A stretch of DNA of 64,000 bases from a virus: positions 5,659 to 69,658 of the IMG/VR virus record IMGVR_UViG_3300020389_000255; one strand, given 5' to 3'. The notes under the pieces are model-generated. The model was not told the DNA's origin, did not search any database, and saw only the letters and a program-made list of their open reading frames with translations. Within the stretch, counting starts at the first letter, position 1; each line of letters opens with the position of its first letter. Both the position numbers and the translations under genes were made by a program. Of this stretch, positions 41,591 through 52,182 are shown one piece after another.

Positions 41591-42442
41591 TTAGTTTATC
41601 AGTAATCTATACAAACATCTTATACAGTATGTAATTGTTATTATAATTAGAACATATGAAAAATATTGTTTCAATGCCCATTTGGTAATTGGACTCATAG
41701 AATTCAATTCCTCCTAAAATAAATTAAAAAATTTCCATAAGCTTTTTAATGTAATAAACCAAACACCAAATGAAAATATTAACATACAAAACCAAACAAC
41801 CATTTTTTCCCAATCAAAATTCATAAGCGATCCTATCTTTTATTTATAAGTGCAAACGTTTACAGACCTTTCTATATATTAACATTAACAATGTAAATGA
41901 AAAAACTATCGACGGCCAAAATATAATATTACCATACAAACTCAATATTAAAAAATAACTCAATCCATAACCTATCACATAAGTTATTAAAATAATAAAA
42001 AGTATTTTTCTAAATTTCTTAATCATCTAACCATTCCTGGAGTGATTCTATTGCATTATCTGTCCACTTTGGCCAAAACAAACTCGTCCAACCAAAGAAA
42101 GCAATTGAAACTATCCCACATATTGTTCCTAGAACCTCAACAATTATTCTCATTACTTTTCCAAATAACGATCCAGACTTCCATTATTAATAGGAATTAT
42201 CATTAAGATCAAACCGAGAACACCAAAGAAAAATCCTACGATGATTGATAAGTTGAAATGCTCAATTCCACCTACTGCACCAAGAACGAAAAATAAACCA
42301 GCCAATAATCTAATCATCTTATATAAATCTCCTTTGCTTTTTCTAAACCTCTTTTGAAACCACATAGATCTCCTAAAAAGTATGCTATTCCACTACTTGT
42401 AAATAGCAATATCAACATCATAATCAATTGTTTACTTTCCAT
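41591..42442 (-). CDS. Cluster of six small predicted membrane proteins (41591-41698, 41714-41824, 41844-42026, 42019-42153, 42153-42317, 42314-42442)
   Basis: Translated by hand; each has 1-2 hydrophobic stretches; closely packed, several with overlapping start/stop codons. Confidence 0.65.
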
Positions 42443-42805
42443 TATTCTTCTCCATCTTCAATTAGTTCTCCCCAATAATCCCAAGGATTTTCAAGTTTAT
42501 CATTTTTACAAATTACACTTTTCAATTTATTTACATCACTATTCAACTTAATCAACAAATCTTTAATCTCTTTTAACTCCTTTTGGATAGTAAGTTCTCC
42601 TGCCCATTCATCTACAATTGACATCTTGCTCCTCCCCTTTTAACTCCTTTTTTAATCTAGCAACTTCACCTCGTAATACAAGGTTGCTAATATAAATCAT
42701 CAAGGTATGACTTGAACCTTCCATGATTTTTTCAGTGTTCCAACCTTGTTCTTCAAATTCTTTTCCAGTAATTTTTTGCAAACAATCACCACACAATTTA
42801 ATCAT
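42442..42805 (-). CDS. Two small hypothetical proteins (42442-42624, 42608-42805)
   Basis: Overlapping co-oriented ORFs. Confidence 0.5.
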
Positions 42806-42992
42806 TGCTGTTCCGTTTCTTCGTTAGTTTCAACTACTTCATCACATTTTTCTAAACTGTTTTCTGTTAATTTCACATAGATACTAATCTCCAAAAGTTT
42901 TTTCTGGAGATTAACAAATTCGTCTTCCGACATGTTCATTACATCAAATACATATTCGGGATGTACGTTAGGCATACGTTCCGCCGCTGACT

Positions 42993-43295
42993 CTAATATC
43001 CAAGAAGTACTCCTTTACCTTTCCTTTCTTCTTTTTCCAATTTATTCTTCACTGTAACTTCATCAAGACTCTTGGCACCGTGTTGCATCTTGATCCACTC
43101 TCCATGATGTTTCCAGCAGAGATGCCCACTACCACCAAATCTCAGTCTAAATGCAGTATTAACTCTAGGTTTATATTCACCCCCTCCCACTTTGTTGTGT
43201 GTTTCCTTCTTACAACCAGGTACACAACAAATCGGTCGTTTAGGAGGTTTTACTTCTTCGTATTTTCCAGTTTCTAAATTAAATAATACTTTCAT
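42993..43295 (-). CDS. Small Zn-finger-like protein
   Basis: 'RPICCVPGC…LCWKHH'; translationally coupled to the upstream VWA gene. Confidence 0.6.
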   Translation of the reverse strand: MKVLFNLETGKYEEVKPPKRPICCVPGCKKETHNKVGGGEYKPRVNTAFRLRFGGSGHLCWKHHGEWIKMQHGAKSLDEVTVKNKLEKEERKGKGVLLGY

Positions 43296-45361
43296 TAACT
43301 TATCGCCTCTATGAAATTATCCAAGATGACTTTATTAGAAACCTTAGAACGTTGAGTTTTTTTGAATGCCGTCATCAACACACGTTTGGTCGCATCAGCA
43401 GCGACGCCGTCCAAACTGTCTGCTTCGACTTTCAAATCTTTACCGCCACGAATGACGTACAATTCAGTATAACCATCGTGTTCCAATACTGTCACTGATT
43501 TTTCTTTACGTAATTTCTTATTGAATTCTGCTATATGTCCATATGGTTTGTCTCCATTAGGGTCGACTTGTTGCGCCAATTCCCCACCAACAACTCTGTC
43601 TACAATGAAGAAACCGAGTACACTCGCACCATAACGTGTTCCGAGATGTTTCAACAAAGCATTAGTGATGTTGTGAGTTTTCTTGATTCCAATACTTATT
43701 TTCGTGATGGGGTCGACAATATACGTCATTGCCTCTCCCCACCAATTCACAGAAATCGTCTTATAACCATAATTACTCTCTGGGTCATACATGAGAGTAT
43801 TTCCATTAGATGCACCGTCTGTCAAGTAAATAACGTTGACTTTTTCTAGACGATTCGCAGCCTTAAACTTTTCGTAGATATCGAAAGTTGCTAAAACTGC
43901 ATCATTGAGTGGAGTAGAACCAAGAGAATCACATGTTCCCCAATGTCCCTTTTCAATACAATCTGCTAGATAGTAGATGTTCCACAATGCTTGATCAAAT
44001 TCTCTGTTGTTCATACGTGAACTGAGATAATTTCGTAAATTGAAAGGACTGAAAATAAGATCATCTACTTTATATGAAAGAGTATAATCAATTTCTTTGT
44101 CAATATTCGCATCCGTGAACGTGTAAATCTCAAAAGGTATATTCACTTTTTTACAGAACATCGCCAGAGTTATCGTCTGCTTGATGGTGTCAAAAAGTGA
44201 ACCGTTCATTGATCCAGACCAATCGATGAACATCAGCAAACCGTGATTCTTGCCTTGTGGGATGCTTGTCACACGACGAAACAGGTCGTCATTGAATTTG
44301 TAAGAATGAATCTTATTTGTGTCTATCACACCAGTTTTTGCGCTGTTTGCTTTTGCATATTCAGCGGCAGATTTTTTCATCTCAAAACCTTTTGCGAGAT
44401 AATTAACAGTCTTGGTGATTGACTTCTTGAAATGTTTAAAATTATTGAATTCTACAGCCAAAGTTTTTCCTGATAACCAAGTTGAAATCTGCTTATTACA
44501 AATCTTATAGTCAATGATAAATTTCTCTGATGATACACTGGGTATCTTTGCATAGACATATTCTGATGTTCTTTTCGATGCAGTATCTTTCATACTTTCA
44601 TTGAAATTTTCTTGTGTTTCAGATTCTTCCAATTGTTCATCATCTTTTTCTTCCTGCACAGGATCAGTACCACTAGAAGATTCTTCCTTTTCACCTTCTT
44701 CAGTGTCATTAGAAAAATCATCAACAAAATCTTCATTGTCGTCCGATTCATCACCTTTACTAAGTTCAGACTCAGAAGGATCTAAATTTTCCTCTAATTC
44801 TTCCATTTCGTGTTCGTAGATTTTCTTGACGATTTCCATCACAGTATCGAAATTTTCTGCTAAATCTATTTCGTCTATGATTTTCTTTTCAGTCGAGTCT
44901 AGAGGAATATCAATGTGTGAACCAATCTTGAAATGCAAATTGATTTTATCTATTAGTGCGTAACTAGCGAGTTCTCTTCCAGAAGTACCGAAAAAGTTTT
45001 TCTCTACTAATTCTTCGTAACCCTTGTAGAAATTCTTACGCAAACCAGGAAATTTACGTTTTATTTTTTTCTCTATTCGTGCATCCTCGACTACGTTTAT
45101 GAACGATTTCACTGCCATTACGTTGTTGGGATCGATGTCCTTTGCGAGATCTACGAAATTTGTGTTGGGGGTGAACAGTGCGTGACCGACTTCGTGTCCT
45201 ACGAGAAGATCATAGACATCTTTGGATGCATCTTTCCAGATGGGGAGACCCAAGATACGATTCTTAACGTCAAAGTATGCAGTTGGGATGTTTTTGTGTT
45301 CTACTGAGATGTCCTCAGTTGCTAAGAGTTTTGCTAAGTTGTTTCGAGATTCTTGATTCAT
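43295..45361 (-). CDS. CobT-like protein: HExxH metallopeptidase-like N-domain + acidic linker + VWA domain
   Basis: 'LAKLLATEDI…TAYFDVKNRIL', 'GHEVGHAL', 'NVVEDARIE', MIDAS 'DWSGSM', 'STPLN', 'LTDG'. Confidence 0.88.
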   Translation of the reverse strand: MNQESRNNLAKLLATEDISVEHKNIPTAYFDVKNRILGLPIWKDASKDVYDLLVGHEVGHALFTPNTNFVDLAKDIDPNNVMAVKSFINVVEDARIEKKIKRKFPGLRKNFYKGYEELVEKNFFGTSGRELASYALIDKINLHFKIGSHIDIPLDSTEKKIIDEIDLAENFDTVMEIVKKIYEHEMEELEENLDPSESELSKGDESDDNEDFVDDFSNDTEEGEKEESSSGTDPVQEEKDDEQLEESETQENFNESMKDTASKRTSEYVYAKIPSVSSEKFIIDYKICNKQISTWLSGKTLAVEFNNFKHFKKSITKTVNYLAKGFEMKKSAAEYAKANSAKTGVIDTNKIHSYKFNDDLFRRVTSIPQGKNHGLLMFIDWSGSMNGSLFDTIKQTITLAMFCKKVNIPFEIYTFTDANIDKEIDYTLSYKVDDLIFSPFNLRNYLSSRMNNREFDQALWNIYYLADCIEKGHWGTCDSLGSTPLNDAVLATFDIYEKFKAANRLEKVNVIYLTDGASNGNTLMYDPESNYGYKTISVNWWGEAMTYIVDPITKISIGIKKTHNITNALLKHLGTRYGASVLGFFIVDRVVGGELAQQVDPNGDKPYGHIAEFNKKLRKEKSVTVLEHDGYTELYVIRGGKDLKVEADSLDGVAADATKRVLMTAFKKTQRSKVSNKVILDNFIEAIS

Positions 45362-45390
45362 TATATAAAATTCCTTTTCACTCGTTTTAA

Positions 45391-45446
45391 CCTTACACTA
45401 TATTAGACGTATTGGAAGAGGAAAGGTTTAGGGTAAAAGTGGTTTT
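45391..45446 (-). promoter_or_regulatory. Class-2 (ECF-sigma-like) promoter, copy 1
   Basis: TAAACC-N15-CGTCTAAT-ATAGTGTAAG; conserved elements recur at 57723-57777. Confidence 0.6.
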
Positions 45447-45593
45447 TTTCGATATTATTTTGGAAAAATTGTTGCGGAAAAAATATTGAAAAATGGTTAA
45501 CTGGATTACTTTCGGGATATACAGTACTAGTAGCATTGTCCGTTCCACGGCAGGTCCGACTGTTGTTTTCCACTAAGCCGTTTCAAAAATACG

Positions 45594-45645
45594 TGTCAAA
45601 ATGACATTTTGTCAATATGACACGATATTTGTCAATATGACACGA
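45594..45645. repeat. Three TGTCA-N3-TGACA inverted repeats, including an 18-bp direct repeat
   Basis: Units at 45594-45606, 45610-45622, 45630-45642; tttgtcaatatgacacga x2 with period 20. Confidence 0.85.
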
Positions 45646-45662
45646 ATTAACTGGTTTTTCCC

Positions 45663-46856
45663 CTAAAATGGGGTAACATCGACCTCATTTGACTTTTCCT
45701 CGATGGAAATGGTCGAATGGTGAGTTTTTGAGGATTCAGCCGGATCAACCTCTGCATCGACTTTTGAGTATAAATCCCTAAAACTTTCTTTTGTTTCATC
45801 ATCGAATCTTTGTATGCAAAGATCAATTGCCTTCGCACGATCCTCAAAAATAGAATATGCCTTAGCAATATGCACTAATCGGCGAGTACTGATAATTTCA
45901 TCAACTCCACCATCATAATAGGTTTTTCTGATAATATCTGCCCAACTCACCAAATTTTGCACATAATCATCATCTTTTATATTAAAAGTATCAAAATTCT
46001 TGCTTAAGATCTTTTTTTCAGTTGAAACGGCAGGATATTCCTGTTCGAGGGTAATTGCAAATCTTTCGAGGAATGCCTCATTTAAGATATTCGTGCCAAT
46101 GAATGCCCCACTCTCACTGCCTTTACCCTTAGTATTTGCGGTAGCAATGATGGTAAAGCCATCTGCCGGACGAATCCACTGATTGATTTTTTTGAGGTAA
46201 ACACCTTTTCCTTCAAGAACGGGTTGCAGACACAAGATCTTGTTAGACGCCAAATCTACCTCATCTAGCAGTAGTACAGCACCACGTTCCATAGCATCAA
46301 TCACAGGACCTTTATGAAAAACAGTTTCACCATCGACTAGACGAAATCCTCCTAAGAGGTCATCTTCGTCTGTCTCTATAGTGATATTCACACGGATCAT
46401 ATCTCTTTTGAGTTTAGAGCAAATTTGCTCTACCATAAAAGTTTTACCATTTCCGGAAAGTCCTGTAATGAAGGTAGGATAGAAATAACGAGATTTTACG
46501 ATAGATTCTAAATCCTTATGATTTCCAAAAGGAACATAGGTTTTATCAGTATCTGGTATAAAACTGATAATACTATCAACTTCCTCAGAAGTATCAATTA
46601 CCTCACCTTTGATGGCATTCCCAGTAATTGCGGGTGTGGTAATAGGAACAGGAATATCGACGGAAACATCAATTTGAGTAGTATCTAAGGCATATTCTGC
46701 TTTTGCAACAGTATTTGCTTTCAACCATTTAGGAGGGAATTTTGAGATATCAGGGTATTTTTCGGAAAGTTCTAATACCTGCGACCGAGTGATAGTCTCA
46801 ATATCTCCATATTCTGCTTTTACGGCACTCAAAAATGTTTGCATCTTCTTAGTCAT
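45663..46856 (-). CDS. CobS-like/MoxR AAA+ ATPase
   Basis: Walker A 'GLSGNGKT', 'ETDEDDLLGGFRL', Walker B 'LLLDEVD', 'TANTKGKG', 'NEAFLERF', 'ISTRRLVHI'. Confidence 0.92.
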   Translation of the reverse strand: MTKKMQTFLSAVKAEYGDIETITRSQVLELSEKYPDISKFPPKWLKANTVAKAEYALDTTQIDVSVDIPVPITTPAITGNAIKGEVIDTSEEVDSIISFIPDTDKTYVPFGNHKDLESIVKSRYFYPTFITGLSGNGKTFMVEQICSKLKRDMIRVNITIETDEDDLLGGFRLVDGETVFHKGPVIDAMERGAVLLLDEVDLASNKILCLQPVLEGKGVYLKKINQWIRPADGFTIIATANTKGKGSESGAFIGTNILNEAFLERFAITLEQEYPAVSTEKKILSKNFDTFNIKDDDYVQNLVSWADIIRKTYYDGGVDEIISTRRLVHIAKAYSIFEDRAKAIDLCIQRFDDETKESFRDLYSKVDAEVDPAESSKTHHSTISIEEKSNEVDVTPF

Positions 46857-46911
46857 TATCTAAAATCTCCATCAATATTGTAATTAGGTGTTTCATTCAT
46901 TATTATACTAT

Positions 46912-46940
46912 AGTATAACATATTTTGGATGCATTGTCAA
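46912..46940 (-). promoter_or_regulatory. Sigma70-like early promoter
   Basis: TTGACA-N17-TATACT. Confidence 0.8.
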
Positions 46941-47007
46941 GTAAAAAAGCGGTTAATCCATGTGAAAAGTGGTTTATATTCATTTTATTTCTTTCTATGT
47001 CTTTAAT

Positions 47008-47064
47008 CCCTACACTCTATTAAACGAGCGTTGGACGGGAAAGGTTTACACGAAAACCACTTTT
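47008..47064 (-). promoter_or_regulatory. Class-2 (ECF-sigma-like) promoter, divergent copy
   Basis: TAAACC-N16-CGTTTAAT-AGAGTGTAGG plus AAAAGTGGTTTT box. Confidence 0.5.
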
Positions 47065-47311
47065 TTTTGATATTTTACCATTTTTCTGAGTTTTTCTGTA
47101 TTTTGTGGTGTCGCAGGGACTTTTTTGGGTCTCAGATGGGGATTGAGGACTTTTTCCTTGAGTATGGGGTGATTCCTGAAAAATTCTGTGTGTTTTTAAC
47201 TGCCTGTGGGTCATCTTGGGACTCCGTACGGATGCGGGATCAACTCCACGTGGAACGTTGTTTATATGGCATTTAATTAGTTGCTTAATTTTTAAGCACA
47301 TTGCACAATTT

Positions 47312-48422
47312 TTATACAAACTCCAAAAACGCATCAGAGAAATCCGTTGCAACTGTGTTTTCCAACCAATCATCAAAATCTACAACTTCATTAGATTGTA
47401 TCATCATAGCCAAATCTAAGACAGATTTCCCATTGAGTTCTTCACAAGGTTCTAATGCTAATTGCATTCTCATCCCCATCGGAATATCACCGTATATTTC
47501 TGTTCCATCATCATTAATCTCGTGGAATCGTTTCTGTTTTGTAGTTTCTATCATTGTATTCTCTTATGCCAATTTTCTTGTCCAATACTTCTAATTTAGA
47601 ATGCATTTCTCTTTGCATTGTCAACACCTCAACTAATATTTCGTATATAACCTCAGTAATAGGTTTCAATTTCTCTGGAAAAGGTTTCTTTTTATTCATC
47701 ATCATCACCCGAATGTTTAAATGTGGACCAAGTATCTGGATTTTCTACAATATTTTTAACAGTCTCTGCATATTCTTTTCTCGCAGCTCCTGCAGATTTA
47801 ATATTGATTTCTACTGCTTTTTCTATTTCTTCTGCAGGAACCTTAGCGAGGAGTATTTCAATGGTAGAACTAGATCCTAGTGTCCATTCATCTTTCTTTA
47901 CTCGTTGAAATCTTGCTATTTTCTGATGATGACGTAATATCTCCTTTAAGGTTTTTATTAAGTCATGCACACGTTTTCTATCTCCTTGGTCAATTCAACG
48001 ATTCTATTGGACTTCCAGATTACTTCAAAATTTACTGTGGTACTATAGTTCTTCACTTGTCTTAGTTGTGCCTTGAGTTCTCTCAGTTTCTTGCAGTATA
48101 AATCTTCTCGTTTCTTCAGCATAATTTCTCCATATTTTATTCAACGTTGGATTCTCTTGTAATAGTATGTGCCAATCACGTTCTGGGATTTGTTCGGATA
48201 GGTAGCATTCTATATATTGTCGTGCCTTGTGGATTTTCAATTCTCAATTTCTCCTCGTGCCCAGCGTTCAGTGAGGGATTGATTGCGTTTATGAGTTTCT
48301 AATTGTTCCTTTAGTTTGTCGTTTTCTACTCCCAATTCCACTAATCGTTTTTCAAGGAGTGTGACATATTGACTGTACTCAGAAATTTTTACGTTCTTAT
48401 CGTTTTCCGCCATAATAGGCAT
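47312..48422 (-). CDS. Run of small hypothetical proteins (47312-47554, 47514-47708, 47692-47970, 48043-48240, 48237-48422)
   Basis: Mostly overlapping co-oriented ORFs; no recognisable motifs. Confidence 0.5.
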
Positions 48423-48816
48423 AACCGTGTCCTTCTACTATTAGTTGATTGTTAATAGAGGTTTTAAGTTCCTCTTCGTATGTTTCACCATCGTCATCTT
48501 CTTCAGTTTCTGTTCTATAGTAGAATAGTTCACCGAGGCATCTTCCGAATTTACCGATACCGTGTGACTTCAGGAATATTTGATTGTCGAGTTCTTCGAG
48601 GATTTCTATTAGTCGTGCCTTTGCGGCGAGTCCTAGTTTCTTCTCGGCAAGATCTCTCGTTCTTGATTCTGGTGCATTGATACCGTAGAGTCTGACTCGG
48701 ATCTTCCGGTGTGTGGAGAATCCGAGGTCAACGAGGACGTCAATTGTGTCCCCATCTACGACTCTCAGCACCTTAGCGTGATACACAAACATGTCACTAA
48801 CAAAGGCCATCATCAT
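48397..48816 (-). CDS. SNase/thermonuclease-family nuclease
   Basis: 'RVVDGDTIDV..DLGF…RVRLYGINAPESRTRD', 'GKFGRCLG', 'EGHGYAYYGG'. Confidence 0.9.
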   Translation of the reverse strand: MMMAFVSDMFVYHAKVLRVVDGDTIDVLVDLGFSTHRKIRVRLYGINAPESRTRDLAEKKLGLAAKARLIEILEELDNQIFLKSHGIGKFGRCLGELFYYRTETEEDDDGETYEEELKTSINNQLIVEGHGYAYYGGKR

Positions 48817-49216
48817 TCACCAAGTGTCTCAATCCTTCATTTCTGTTGACGTTGATTGCAAATGCAGTTTTCATACGTCGGTTGCTTAAATTATCTTCCG
48901 ATTCTAGGGGTTTAATGTCATTGACGAGTACCCTTTCACCGGAACCTAGATTGTAAATGATTGTATCCCATATGATCCCAAGACGGACGAGTGCCTTCTC
49001 GGTGTGTTTTGCGTGACGGGAAAGTCTAGCAGTCGTCAAGATAATATGTTGATCAGAAATAGTTTTTAAAAAATCGAGTACGCCAGGTAGCACTTCTTCA
49101 CCGTCTTCCTTTTCGTGACTCGAAACTTCAATTTCATTATTGTTTCTGTGTCTCAAGACAGTCCCATCTAGATCAATAAACCACGTTCTCGTCATTCTGG
49201 TATCAACCCCGGCCAT
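48797..49216 (-). CDS. HAD-superfamily phosphatase-like protein (probable start 49195)
   Basis: 'WFIDLDGT', 'ILTTAR', 'VLVNDIKP'. Confidence 0.75.
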   Translation of the reverse strand: MAGVDTRMTRTWFIDLDGTVLRHRNNNEIEVSSHEKEDGEEVLPGVLDFLKTISDQHIILTTARLSRHAKHTEKALVRLGIIWDTIIYNLGSGERVLVNDIKPLESEDNLSNRRMKTAFAINVNRNEGLRHLVNDDGLC

Positions 49217-49647
49217 GCTTGATTGACGACTCTCGCTGTTAGTCCCTTATACGGCAATCGTTTATTTACAATTTCTACCAATAGATCTGCCTCGGATGTA
49301 TGTAGTTGTTTCATCACTGTGATAAAATCATTTTCGCATTCTGCCAAGTTACGAAAACCTGCACCTTTTGCTTGTGCAGTCAACTTGCCATCAAATTTAC
49401 AATAACGACCGAGTCGCATTGCGGCATCTTCTAGACGTATCTCACATTTACTCCAATCTTCTTCTGGATTCTCATCGAACGGAGGTTTCGTATCAGGTAC
49501 AACCCATTCAATTCTCTTGTCAAATGCACTACGCAATACTGCGAGTAGTCCATCAGTTTGATTCTCTTTTAATATTTCTGCCTTGCGATTAATTGATTTC
49601 TCGTCGGCAATCTCTTGAAAAAATTCTGGTAATGATTTATTCGGCAT
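49192..49647 (-). CDS. Conserved T4-like hypothetical protein adjacent to rnh
   Basis: 'AFDKRIEWVVP..KPPF', 'LHTSEADLL…K.LPYKGLT…AWPGLI'. Confidence 0.65.
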   Translation of the reverse strand: MPNKSLPEFFQEIADEKSINRKAEILKENQTDGLLAVLRSAFDKRIEWVVPDTKPPFDENPEEDWSKCEIRLEDAAMRLGRYCKFDGKLTAQAKGAGFRNLAECENDFITVMKQLHTSEADLLVEIVNKRLPYKGLTARVVNQAWPGLIPE

Positions 49648-49649
49648 CG

Positions 49650-50492
49650 TTAAAACTCCTCTATATTTTCAGTCAAATTTTTCAACCTTTTATGTATAAA
49701 ATAATTTAATAGACCGGATCGGTCGTTGCATTCATACTCATGGTAATTCGTCGTTATCTCATTCTCCAAAGATTCGGGGATGAGATTCAAATCAATGAGT
49801 AAGCAATTGCGTTTGTAACCACGCAACATTTCATAATCACAAAACATTTCGGGATCTTGTTTGACCCATGCTTGCAATTTCTTCTTCGATAATGGTGCTT
49901 GTCTTCCTCCGTTGACGAACACATCGTCCTTCGACAAGAAATTCGGAATGCCGTCACCTCGATCACCTTTCATTATCTGTTCCTTTAGGAAGTTAGTAGG
50001 TGATGGATCGTTCACGAATTTTTTTTGAATCGGTGAGTACTGCTTGACATGTGGATATGCTTGTAATTGCACAAAATCTTTGTCGCCGGAAAGAATGATA
50101 GTGTCATCTTCCTCAATTTTACACACGATGGCAATGATGTCATCTGCCTCAGCAGTGTTAAACTCTAAAACTTTGTAGGGAAACACATTTTTAAGTTCTG
50201 CCTTGACTTCATTCAGGCATCGGAATATTTCATTCCAATCGAACTCGGATTCCTCTCTATTCTTTTTTCGGTGTGCTTTATAATACGGAAAGAGTTCCCG
50301 TCTCCAATAATTTCTATTGTCGCAGGCAATAACTAACTCCCCATAATCTGCTAGGAATTTACGTCGGTAGGAACGGAGAGAATTGAGGACCATGTGTCTC
50401 ACCAGTCCTTCATTGACTCCACCTTTTCTTATTCCAGGTTGTTGCACCAAATTAGCAATGAACACTTGGTTATAATCAACTAATGTAGGCAT
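49650..50492 (-). CDS. rnh: T4-type RNase H (5'-3' exonuclease/FEN)
   Basis: 'LVDYNQ', 'YWRRELFPYYKAHRKK', 'AEADDII', 'SGDKDFVQLQ', 'GDRGDGIPN'. Confidence 0.93.
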   Translation of the reverse strand: MPTLVDYNQVFIANLVQQPGIRKGGVNEGLVRHMVLNSLRSYRRKFLADYGELVIACDNRNYWRRELFPYYKAHRKKNREESEFDWNEIFRCLNEVKAELKNVFPYKVLEFNTAEADDIIAIVCKIEEDDTIILSGDKDFVQLQAYPHVKQYSPIQKKFVNDPSPTNFLKEQIMKGDRGDGIPNFLSKDDVFVNGGRQAPLSKKKLQAWVKQDPEMFCDYEMLRGYKRNCLLIDLNLIPESLENEITTNYHEYECNDRSGLLNYFIHKRLKNLTENIEEF

Positions 50493-50506
50493 ACTCTACT
50501 CCATAA

Positions 50507-52182
50507 TTATTCAAGAGGATCAGTCTGTTTTTTTGTACTAAGACCCGTCTGTACATCATGATGAATTCCCATTTGAGCATATAATAATGCTCGGAGAATC
50601 TCAACTACCATACGAAAATCAGTTTGAAATTCTTTCGACTGACAATCAAAGCCAAAGTCCATCAAGGTCTCAAGCAAAGGTGGAAGTGCCTCTTTGAGTG
50701 CTTCCTCTGCTGAATACCTTGGATCAATTTCATGATCTGGCGTTGATGGATGTTGAACTATTTTAGTAACCATTATAAAGTATTTAGGTGCGTCTCCAGA
50801 ATAGTTTGTGTAACACTCGCTTCAGTTCCATTTTTGGTAGTCCTCTTCTTAACCTTTGATCTCATATATTTATCTGCGGCATTATGCAAACTATCATAAA
50901 ATTTGTGTATACGTTTCAACTCTGGTTTTGATAAATTTGAATATGCCTCTTTCAGTTGTTTATCAGGTTTCAGTTGAATAACTTCTTCCATGAATTGTCG
51001 TTCAATTTTTGTCCAACGTTTAATATTGGTACAATCTTTACGTTTGACATTATGTCCACTGAGAAATCGGATAGGATCAAAATGCATCTTGCAATTATTA
51101 TCAATAAACACATCAAGTTGATGTTCCAATTCTCCTAAAATCCCAACTTCAACTTTTATCTTCTTAGGTTTTCGTTCTACTGCAGGAGATTTTTCTACTT
51201 CAACAACATCGTTAATGCATTTTTGGATCATATTTTTGAATTTAAATTCTTGATCCAGATCTGGAAATTCAACACCTTTGCTTAGGAGTCTAGCAATCCA
51301 ACCTTCAGATGTCAAGTAGTTCCACCGTGAAACATCATTAACAGTCAACGATGAATCAACATTATTTTTAGCATAATCATGTAGAAAACGTCTAGAATCT
51401 AACTCGCTACGATTCATGTGATACCAATTCATTGCACGTAACACTCCGAGTTTATTGAGTTTAAGACCAAAATCTGGTTCTGGTTGTTTAGCCATTTTCT
51501 TTATTCCTCTTTATTTCTTCTTCGATAATCTTCCGCAATTCTATTTCTAAAGCCGGTTCAAGTTTATATTTCTTAATCCAATCATTGACTTCATTAGGAT
51601 TAGAAATATCTTCCATCATTTCTGCAAAAGCATCTTTTGCAGTCAATACAAGATCAGCCTTCTCCAGAAGTTTCTCTTTCACTTTGATTTCCAGTTTCCG
51701 TAAATGTACTTGCTTCCTTCTCTGCTTCCGTTTCAGTTCCTTCAGGTGTTTCATCTTTGCTCTGCTCATCATAACCTTCCAAATAAAATTTATTAATTAA
51801 ACTTTTTGCTTCCACCCAACTAGGAACAGAAGTATTATTTGCCAATTCGTGTACTGTAACTTTGCCTTGATTCAAGGATCCACGCATTCTCCTCTTATGC
51901 AAATACTCTAAACATTCTTGATCATACTTCATCGTCATAATCACCACAATATAAACACCATTCATTACACCTTCCAAGAAGGTGTGCTATTCTTGCTTGT
52001 ATCCATAGGGTCTCAGATGTATCCTTTTCGAGAATATCATTGAGTAAATCATTGAAGAAAACATGCCAGAATGCAGCGAGAAAACTAGCATCCTTTTCGT
52101 TCTCTGGTTCCATATATTTGAATTTTGCAAGATGTTCCTTTACAACTTTACCTGCAAATCCTAATTCATCTGCTAATTTCAT
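50507..52182 (-). CDS. Hypothetical proteins (50507-50773, 50773-51495, 51488-51772, 51922-52182)
   Basis: Co-oriented, closely packed ORFs. Confidence 0.55.

Noticed and set aside
45402-45430. Sigma28 (flagellar) promoter linked to the flagellin
   Set aside because: TAAA is present but the -10 CGTCTAAT fits GCCGATAA poorly, and no copy precedes the flagellin
43295-46856. Cobalamin biosynthesis genes cobS/cobT
   Set aside because: A MoxR AAA + VWA pair is widespread in T4-like phages; no cobN or other pathway genes
47242-47257. parS-like site (aactccacgtggaacg)
   Set aside because: Only 12/16 match, single copy, and no parAB in the window
47020-47419. ORFs 47020-47376(-), 47031-47276(+), 47216-47419(+)
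   Set aside because: They overlap promoter motifs or a better ORF and have composition driven by nucleotide skew
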